Part shown: one piece after another, positions 47,791 to 54,025 of the stretch | Layout of the letters: the number at the start of each line of letters is the position of its first letter | How positions within the stretch are numbered: position 1 is the stretch's first letter | DNA from: Minisyncoccota bacterium | GTDB taxonomy: Bacteria; Patescibacteriota; Minisyncoccia; Phycocordibacterales; UBA9973 | Assembly: GCA_018063015.1 (NCBI GenBank) | Contig: JAGORC010000002.1 | Location: forward strand, 1 to 54,025 | Length of the DNA stretch: 54,025 nt | Direction of reading: 5' to 3' | Position numbers and translations under genes: made by a program | Notes under the pieces: model-generated | The model's input: only the letters and a program-made list of their open reading frames with translations | What the model was told of the DNA's origin: nothing | The model's database searches: none

Positions 47791-47814
47791 TCTCTAGATT
47801 TAAAGGAATTTATT

Positions 47815-47843
47815 AACCGGCCCAAAAGCCGGTTTTGTTATTT
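47815..47843 (+). terminator. rho-independent terminator
   Basis: AACCGGC-CCAAAA-GCCGGTT followed by TTGTTATTT. Confidence 0.7.
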
Positions 47844-47883
47844 GAAAACTAAATTAATAAATCTAAAAACAAAGGAGGAAAAA

Positions 47884-48141
47884 ATGACAACTTATTTTAG
47901 AACCAAGGTAAAAGTAGGCTTTGGCAGTAAAGAACACGACACAGGATATCCTGGACTAATTTGTAAGATTCCAGAATTAGAAATTCCTAAGGGCGAAGAG
48001 TTTTCTGTAGAGTATATGTATAATAACATGTGTATACTGAAATATAATTTACACTACCTTCCTGTTGAAATTTTTACAATAGGAAAGTTTTTACTTGAAG
48101 GTGACATTACACAGATAGATGCTCCTCGGGTAGACTGGTAG
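47884..48141 (+). CDS. small hypothetical protein (85 aa)
   Basis: ATG at 47884 preceded by AAAGGAGG (47871-47878) with good spacing. No recognisable family. Confidence 0.45.
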   Translation: MTTYFRTKVKVGFGSKEHDTGYPGLICKIPELEIPKGEEFSVEYMYNNMCILKYNLHYLPVEIFTIGKFLLEGDITQIDAPRVDW

Positions 48142-48193
48142 AAGTGATTAGTTTTCTAACTATGGAGTTTTTCAGGATTTAATTTCAGCTTTT

Positions 48194-48230
48194 ACAGTGA
48201 GCGAATAATAAAATTTGCTCACTGTTTTTA
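48194..48230 (+). terminator. rho-independent terminator
   Basis: ACAGTGAGC-(14-nt loop)-GCTCACTGT followed by TTTTTAATTT. Confidence 0.6.
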
Positions 48231-48316
48231 ATTTGACAGAAGTTACATCCTTATGTAATGTAGGGGTAGTTATTGTTGTCTTTTGTAAATAAAATCTATA
48301 AAATAAAACCACACGT

Positions 48317-49249
48317 ATGAAATCAAATTCAAAAATTTTCGGAGGTACTGCTTCAGAAGCATTAGCTAAACAAATAGCAAAAGGCCTCAGAAAGGCAAAT
48401 GGGAAAATTGTAATGAGAAGGTTCTCAGATGGAGAATTCTCTCCGTATTTCAATGAAAGCATCAGAGGTTCTGATGTATTTTTAGTTCAATCAACATTTT
48501 CTCCTACTGAAAACCTATTTGAGTTAATTATGTTGATTGATGCAGCCAAAAGAGCTTCGGCTCATTACATTATCCCTGTCATCCCTTATTTTGGCTTTGC
48601 TAGGCAGGACCGCAAGGATCGCCCTCGCACAGCGATTACCGCAAAGGTAATAGCCAATATGCTGGAAGGTGCTGGTGCAACCAGAGTTATAACAATGGAT
48701 TTGCATGCACCACAAATTCAGGGGTTCTTCGACATTCCGGTAGATCACCTTATGGCGTCAGCTGTTTTTGCTCCCTACATCAAGAAAATGAAGGTTCCAA
48801 ATCTTACATTTGCAGCACCTGACACAGGAAGTGCTGATAGGGTTCGGAAGTACGCAAACTATTTTAACGCTGACCTGGTGATTTGCGATAAGTTCCGCAA
48901 GAAGCCGAACGAAGTCGGGAAAATAACTGTAATCGGTGATGTTACTGACAGAAACGTTATCATTATTGATGACTTAGCTGATACAGCTGGTACATTATGC
49001 AAAACAGCTGAAGCTATCATGGCAAAAGGTGCAAAGAGTGTCAGAGCTTTCTGTACCCACCCAGTTCTGTCCGGCAATGCATACGAAAACATCGAGAATT
49101 CTCCACTCTTGGAGTTGATCACCACTGACACGATTCCACTGAAGCGAAAGAGTAAGAAGATTAAGGTTTTATCCGTAGCAGAGCTTTTTGCTACGGCCAT
49201 TGAAAGAGTTTATACCAACAAATCCGTAAATGGATTGTTTGTACTTTAA
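48317..49249 (+). CDS. prs: ribose-phosphate pyrophosphokinase
   Basis: FSDGEF, PYFGFARQDRKD, TMDLHAPQIQGFF, IIIDDLADTAGTL (PRPP loop). Confidence 0.92.
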   Translation: MKSNSKIFGGTASEALAKQIAKGLRKANGKIVMRRFSDGEFSPYFNESIRGSDVFLVQSTFSPTENLFELIMLIDAAKRASAHYIIPVIPYFGFARQDRKDRPRTAITAKVIANMLEGAGATRVITMDLHAPQIQGFFDIPVDHLMASAVFAPYIKKMKVPNLTFAAPDTGSADRVRKYANYFNADLVICDKFRKKPNEVGKITVIGDVTDRNVIIIDDLADTAGTLCKTAEAIMAKGAKSVRAFCTHPVLSGNAYENIENSPLLELITTDTIPLKRKSKKIKVLSVAELFATAIERVYTNKSVNGLFVL

Positions 49250-49260
49250 ATTCTAAGTAA

Positions 49261-49296
49261 GAAGGGTATCGTTTATACGGTGCCCTTCTTTTTTTA
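49261..49296 (+). terminator. rho-independent terminator after prs
   Basis: GAAGGGTATCG-TTTATA-CGGTGCCCTTC (11 bp including 2 G-U pairs) followed by TTTTTTTT. Confidence 0.7.
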
Positions 49297-49324
49297 TTTA
49301 TTTAAAATGATATACTAAAAATCT

Positions 49325-50674
49325 ATGAAAAACAGAGTTTATATTAAAGATTTAAAGGATAATGTCGGCAAAGAAGTAATAATAGCGGGCTGGGTTAATG
49401 TCAGACGTGATCAAGGAAAGATGGTTTTCTTTGATATGCGAGACATGACAGGATTAGTTCAGTGTGTAGCTCTTCCTTCTAGAACTGAGGTAATAGATAA
49501 AGCCAAAGAGATTCGTCCTGAATGGGTACTAAAGATAGTAGGAATGGTAAATAAGCGCCCAGAGAAAAATATAAATAAAGATGTTCTAAATGGAGATGTT
49601 GAACTTGAAGTTTTAAATATTGAAATATTAAGTAAGGCACATGAGCTACCATTCGACATGTCACTTGAGGGTTACAACCTAGAGCTTACGACCGAGTTGG
49701 ATAATAGGTCATTGGTATTTCGTCATCCTAAAGTTCAGGCAGTATTCAAGGTTCAGGAAACAATAATAGATTCCTTTAGAGAGTTTATGAAGCAGAATAA
49801 TTTCTTTGAATTTCAGGCACCAGCAATAACTCCAGCAACAGCAGAGGGGGGAGCAGAAGTGTTCCAGGTTAACTATTTCGACAAGAAAGCATACCTAACT
49901 CAATCACCTCAACTATACAAACAAATAGTAATGTCTGCTTTCGAGAGATGTTTCTCTGTGAATAAAGTATTTCGTGCTGAACCATCTTCTACTACTAGAC
50001 ATCTTACAGAGATAGTATCTCTTGACGCAGAGATGGGATTTATAGATTCATGGACTGACGTTAGAGATATGGCAGAGGAAACTGTCAGATTTATACTTAA
50101 ACAAGTAGAAGCTAAGAATCAAGAACATTTAAAGACACTAAACGCTACTATCCCAGTAATGATAGACAAAACTCCAACTCTATCTCTAAGAGAAGTACAG
50201 GAAAAGATTTTTCAGAAATTTGGTAGAGATGTAAGAGGAGAGAAAGATACTAATCCTCAAGACGAAAGAGAAATTTGTGAAATCATAAAGGAGGAAACAG
50301 GTTCTGATTTCGTATTTATATACGGATATCCTACTAAGAAGAAGCCTTTCTATGTTTATCCAAATCCAGAAGAACCAGAATACAATGAAGGAATGGATTT
50401 ACTATGTAGAGGAGTAGAGTGGCTTTCAGGAGGAAGAAGAATAAATGATTACGAACAACTCATAAAGCATGTTGAGCTATGGAACATGGATCCAGCTAAG
50501 GTAAAGACGTTCTTAGAAGCTTTCAAATACGGAGTACCACCAGAAGGTGGGTTCGCATTCGGAGCAGAACGTATAACAATGCAATTACTAGGACTCAAGA
50601 ATATTCGTGAAGCATCAATGTTCCCACGAGATATGAACAGAATCGACGAGAAATTAAGTAGCGAAGGTTACTAA
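49325..50674 (+). CDS. aspS: aspartate--tRNA ligase, archaeal/eukaryotic-type (class IIb)
   Basis: 449 aa. OB-fold N-terminus, YLTQSPQLYKQ, FRAEPSSTTRHLTE (motif 2), GFAFGAERI (motif 3). Confidence 0.8.
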   Translation: MKNRVYIKDLKDNVGKEVIIAGWVNVRRDQGKMVFFDMRDMTGLVQCVALPSRTEVIDKAKEIRPEWVLKIVGMVNKRPEKNINKDVLNGDVELEVLNIEILSKAHELPFDMSLEGYNLELTTELDNRSLVFRHPKVQAVFKVQETIIDSFREFMKQNNFFEFQAPAITPATAEGGAEVFQVNYFDKKAYLTQSPQLYKQIVMSAFERCFSVNKVFRAEPSSTTRHLTEIVSLDAEMGFIDSWTDVRDMAEETVRFILKQVEAKNQEHLKTLNATIPVMIDKTPTLSLREVQEKIFQKFGRDVRGEKDTNPQDEREICEIIKEETGSDFVFIYGYPTKKKPFYVYPNPEEPEYNEGMDLLCRGVEWLSGGRRINDYEQLIKHVELWNMDPAKVKTFLEAFKYGVPPEGGFAFGAERITMQLLGLKNIREASMFPRDMNRIDEKLSSEGY

Positions 50675-50689
50675 AATAAATTCCTTAAA

Positions 50690-51313
50690 ATGGGAACTGA
50701 AGATTTAATAAAAGAACTAGGCACACTATCTTATATAGGTGTTTTCGGAGTTGCACTTATCTCGAATGTTTTCATTCCTGTTCCAGAGGAGATCGTTGTT
50801 CTTGTGCTTGGGTATTTATCTGGAGGACCTGTATTTAGTGGAGCGCTGATTCTTCCTGTTGTAATACTTGGATTGCTTACTTCAGATATAGCAATGTATT
50901 TCCTTTCCAAAAGAGGCAATAAATTAATTACTGCATTTTACGACAAGGTTTTCGCTGGAAGACTTGCTAGCCGAACAGAATGGCTTCGAAAACATATTTA
51001 TAAAGTTATCTTCTTCTCTAGGTTCCTGGTTCAGCTCAGGTTCCTGGGACCATTTCTAGCTGGGCAGATGGGGGTGTCGTTTAGGAAGTTTTTCTTCTTA
51101 GATTTAGCTGCACTACTTATCTATGTGCCACTTTATTTGTTTGCTGGGTTTTACTTTAGAAGTAGGCTTGATTATATAGTTTCAGGAATAGGCACATTGA
51201 AGAATATAATTCTAAGCGTAGTCGTTTTCCTAGTTTTGATTTCTATCTCTAGAGCTGTTCGTAAATACTTAATAAAAGAAAACGCTAAATTCGAAAAAGC
51301 AAAAAATGAGTAA
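50690..51313 (+). CDS. DedA/VTT (SNARE-associated) family membrane protein
   Basis: FIPVPEEIVVLVLGYL, multiple TM helices, and FFSRFLVQLRFLGPFLAG. Confidence 0.7.
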   Translation: MGTEDLIKELGTLSYIGVFGVALISNVFIPVPEEIVVLVLGYLSGGPVFSGALILPVVILGLLTSDIAMYFLSKRGNKLITAFYDKVFAGRLASRTEWLRKHIYKVIFFSRFLVQLRFLGPFLAGQMGVSFRKFFFLDLAALLIYVPLYLFAGFYFRSRLDYIVSGIGTLKNIILSVVVFLVLISISRAVRKYLIKENAKFEKAKNE

Positions 51314-51665
51314 ATTTATAATTTCTGGGAAGGTTATAAAAGGGGAGAATTACGGTAGAAAAATAGGTTTTCCTACTGCTAACTTAGACAGAAGACAATT
51401 CGTAAAACTAACAACTCAACCTAAGTTTGGTGTTTATTCTGGTATTGCAGAGGTTGGAAATAAATCATACAGGGCGGGGATAGTAATAGGCCCACTAGAT
51501 AAGAGAGGACTACCGAAGCTAGAGGCTCATTTGCTTAAGTTCAAGGGCAATCTATATGGAAAGAAATTAATTCTAAGTACAAATAGTTTCATCAGACCTT
51601 ATAAAAAATTTAAATCAGAAAAAGAACTAATATCTCAAATAGGCAAGGATTTAAAGAAATGCTAA
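51306..51665 (+). CDS. stand-alone riboflavin kinase domain protein
   Basis: GKVIKGENYGRKIGFPTANL, GVY, LEAHLL.F.GNLYGK. It has no FAD synthetase domain and overlaps the DedA gene by 8 nt. Confidence 0.7.
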   Translation: MSKFIISGKVIKGENYGRKIGFPTANLDRRQFVKLTTQPKFGVYSGIAEVGNKSYRAGIVIGPLDKRGLPKLEAHLLKFKGNLYGKKLILSTNSFIRPYKKFKSEKELISQIGKDLKKC

Positions 51666-51674
51666 TATAGGTTT

Positions 51675-52592
51675 ATGAAAAATTATTCAGGTCCGATATT
51701 TATAATCATTGCAGCATTACTCTGGGCGTTTGATGGACTTATTCGTCAGCACCTATACACTCTTCCACCCATTACTATAATATTCTTCGAGCACTTGATA
51801 GGATTTCTATTACTTTATCCTTTTGTATTTAAACTTGTATTTAAAACAAAACTAACCAACAGGGAATGGTGGCTGGTTGCCCTAGTGGCTGTGCTTTCAG
51901 GTCTACTTGGAACGCTATGGTTCACTACAGCTCTGGGTAAGGTGCACTTCATATCTATTTCTGTAGTATTTTTACTTCAGAAACTTCAACCGATATTCGC
52001 TATCACAACAGCGAGTATTTTCTTAAAAGAAAAGTTAGACAAGAGATATATCAAGTGGGCAATTCTTGCTCTTCTATCTGCATACTTTGTCACATTTAAA
52101 AATGGAGTGGTAAATCTAGAAACAGGAGAGGGTACAGCCATAGCAGCTCTATATGCTCTTCTAGCCGCTATGGCTTGGGGATCTTCTACTACGTTTTCTA
52201 AGATGCTTCTAGGTAAGGTAGACTCCAAAGTCAGCACCTTCTATAGATTCCTAGTGACTACTGTTATAGCCCTTCCATTAATGCTTATATTAGGCAAAAC
52301 AGGTGAAGGTGCTATAGCACTACCTAATACTTCACAATTCGGCCTTTTAGGGCTTATAGCTGTATCTACGGGCATGGTAGCGCTACTTATATACTACAGA
52401 GGCTTGGCCAAGACTTCTGTGCATGTTTCTACTATCCTAGAGCTCACTTTCCCATTTGTAGCTATCGTGCTTGATATGGTTGTAAACAATACAATTCTGG
52501 GAGCTTCTCAGTGGGTGGCTTCCTTCCTGCTTGTTTTTGCAATTTACAAAATAGCCAAGTTGCGAGAAAATATTTCCGCAAATCTGGTATAA
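51675..52592 (+). CDS. EamA/DMT superfamily transporter
   Basis: 305 aa, about 10 TM helices in two repeats, with an AALLWAFDG-type start. Confidence 0.7.
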   Translation: MKNYSGPIFIIIAALLWAFDGLIRQHLYTLPPITIIFFEHLIGFLLLYPFVFKLVFKTKLTNREWWLVALVAVLSGLLGTLWFTTALGKVHFISISVVFLLQKLQPIFAITTASIFLKEKLDKRYIKWAILALLSAYFVTFKNGVVNLETGEGTAIAALYALLAAMAWGSSTTFSKMLLGKVDSKVSTFYRFLVTTVIALPLMLILGKTGEGAIALPNTSQFGLLGLIAVSTGMVALLIYYRGLAKTSVHVSTILELTFPFVAIVLDMVVNNTILGASQWVASFLLVFAIYKIAKLRENISANLV

Positions 52593-52599
52593 TACCAAT

Positions 52600-52929
52600 A
52601 TGGAAGATTTAACAAAAAAGAAATGTATCCCGTGCGAAGTAGGAAGTATCGAACCTATGGAGAGATCGATGGCAGAGAGTTATATGTCTATGACTCCTCT
52701 CTGGGTGTTGAATGAAAAAGCTGATGCGATATCCAAGGATTACAAGTTTAAAGACTTCGTAGAAGCAATGGCGTTTGTAAACAAAGTTGCTGATGTAGCA
52801 GAATCAGAAGGTCACCACCCTGACATTCAAATTTCTTACAATAAAGTTCACATAGACCTAACAACCCACGCTATAAAAGGCCTATCAGAAAACGACTTCA
52901 TTGTCGCTAGTAAAATAGATAAGATTTAA
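52600..52929 (+). CDS. 4a-hydroxytetrahydrobiopterin dehydratase (PCD/DCoH)
   Basis: F.DF.EAMAFVNKVA..AE.EGHHPD....YNKV...L.TH signature. Confidence 0.8.
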   Translation: MEDLTKKKCIPCEVGSIEPMERSMAESYMSMTPLWVLNEKADAISKDYKFKDFVEAMAFVNKVADVAESEGHHPDIQISYNKVHIDLTTHAIKGLSENDFIVASKIDKI

Positions 52930-53348
52930 TTATCACTAAATTTTAGCTCTTCTGGAGGATTTTCTGCGTCATATATTTTAGCCATATACTGTGAAAATTG
53001 TTCATGGAGTTTTCTATCCTTTGAAAGTGTTTCCATTAAATCTCTACTTATTTCTATTTCTCTATTCTGTACATCTCTTAGTTGTTTCTCTAGATTGTCT
53101 AAGATTGCTTCGTCTTCTTGATTTTTTAGACTTTTCCTTGTTTCACTTATAGCATCTTTTATTTTAGATTCTTCTTCTCCTAATCTTTCAATTCTACTTA
53201 GAATATCCTGAATATGAGGAGGGAACTTAGCCCTCTCACGTATGTCTCTACGCGTCTCTGCTTGCTCAGGGTTTTTTACCTCTTCACTATCATAACCTAG
53301 AGCTTTGTTCATTATTCCTTCAAATTTATTCATAGATGTATTATACAA
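52926..53348 (-). CDS. coiled-coil hypothetical protein
   Basis: 140 aa, Glu/Lys/Arg-rich with a heptad-like character. No family recognised. Confidence 0.4.
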   Translation of the reverse strand: MYNTSMNKFEGIMNKALGYDSEEVKNPEQAETRRDIRERAKFPPHIQDILSRIERLGEEESKIKDAISETRKSLKNQEDEAILDNLEKQLRDVQNREIEISRDLMETLSKDRKLHEQFSQYMAKIYDAENPPEELKFSDN

Positions 53349-53349
53349 C

Positions 53350-54025
53350 TTACTTTAGGAACTTCTCAATGGCCTTGCCGTCTCGCGTAAGCCAAGCGAC
53401 ATTAGATTCTAGACGTTCTATAACTTGATCAACTGACCGCTTAGCTCCGGGGGCATCATGGGTTGCGAAGAATTTCTTGAAGTCATCTAGATGTTTCTTC
53501 TCAGCACTTCCTCCTATTGCTTTCACCATCCTACCTAGCGCCATGCCTCCATCACCGTATCGGGTTACAAGCATTTTCCAATTTTGTTTTAGAGATTTGA
53601 GCCAGATGTTTCGGCCTAGAGGATTTGCTCCTATTCCAGAGAATATTCCTATTGTGTCCTGAATTCTAACTTCGTTTGAGAGTGCGAAGTGCATAGATAG
53701 GCAAAGTATTTTATCATCTCTGAAGTCGCCTAAAGCACTACCTATACGATTCTTTTCTTCATGAAGGGTTTCCGCTTTATATTTCTTGATTAGTGCCTTG
53801 TATTCTTTCATTCCACTATGAGTTGCTACTATTCCATATATAGCTCCACGAATATCAGGATGTATTTGTTCTCCTTTCTGCATTGCTTTGAACAGGTCTC
53901 TGGCGAAGGTTATAGTCTTCTTGTCTCCTGATCTTCCTAACCTAGATATGACAAGTGAACGAAGTAGTGCATCAGCGTGAGCCTCACCACTCTTTGCTTC
54001 CCAGCCTAGGCGTTTAATAGAAGGT
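53350..54025 (-). CDS. M1-family aminopeptidase, C-terminal (ERAP1-C-like) domain; 5' end lies outside the window
   Basis: The frame stays open upstream of the track's Met to the window edge (PSIKRLGWEAKSGEAHADALLRSLVISRLGRSGDKKTITFARDLF...). This LGWE...GE.H...LLR pattern is typical of aminopeptidase N C-terminal domains. Confidence 0.6.
   Translation of the reverse strand, partial: PSIKRLGWEAKSGEAHADALLRSLVISRLGRSGDKKTITFARDLFKAMQKGEQIHPDIRGAIYGIVATHSGMKEYKALIKKYKAETLHEEKNRIGSALGDFRDDKILCLSMHFALSNEVRIQDTIGIFSGIGANPLGRNIWLKSLKQNWKMLVTRYGDGGMALGRMVKAIGGSAEKKHLDDFKKFFATHDAPGAKRSVDQVIERLESNVAWLTRDGKAIEKFLK

Noticed and set aside
47716-47843. T-box leader, considered because of the trpS neighbourhood and a GGTGGGGCGC string.
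   Set aside because: The element lies downstream of trpS, not upstream. It is only about 130 nt long. It lacks a recognisable specifier loop/stem I, and the match to the T-box consensus (GGGTGGTACCGCG) is poor.
1-54025. tRNA, rRNA, tmRNA, RNase P and SRP RNA genes.
   Set aside because: Intergenic gaps are almost all under 130 nt. The three larger gaps (1350-1702, 47630-47883 and 48142-48316) show no cloverleaf or conserved core sequences that I could recognise. A covariance-model scan would be needed to exclude them formally.

Overview
AT-rich, gene-dense window with almost no non-coding DNA. From gene content it reads like a reduced-genome Patescibacteria/CPR-type bacterium; this is an inference. 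The supporting signs are a minimal AlaRS, a stand-alone riboflavin kinase, a sigma-region-4/HARE-HTH protein and many lineage-specific hypotheticals. The standard genetic code applies, with TAA, TAG and TGA all used as stops. Recognisable content in order:
- cdd, deoD and a small lipoprotein, together forming a GC-richer island
- glmS, an LbH transferase, tdh-kbl, typA, a sigma-like HTH protein, mltG, a DEDD exonuclease, mnmA, mgtC-family, alaS
- an actin-like/membrane protein pair
- infA-rpmJ-rpsM-rpsK-rpsD-rpoA-rplQ-rplM-rpsI
- a heavily remodelled grpE...dnaK...dnaJ locus, followed by aguB-aguA
- cysS, an AI-2E transporter, rplU, recR, dnaB
- trpS plus a TrpR-family gene
- prs (a second GC-richer island), aspS, DedA, riboflavin kinase, EamA, PCD, and a 5'-truncated M1-aminopeptidase C-terminal domain

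I recognised no rRNA, tRNA, CRISPR array, transposase or integrase.

The stand-out is 22.9-38.0 kb. Five tandem ~570-aa cysteine-rich paralogs are wedged between grpE, dnaK and dnaJ and tightly coupled to them. Each paralog has homologous N- and C-terminal double zinc-ribbon modules, including CxxC-x17-CxxC, around an internally duplicated Cys-ladder core. With them are two soluble VirD4/TraD-like P-loop ATPases, one of which carries the same CxxC-x17-CxxC ribbon. I know of no function for this combination. All family assignments come from reading the translations by eye; no database search was possible.
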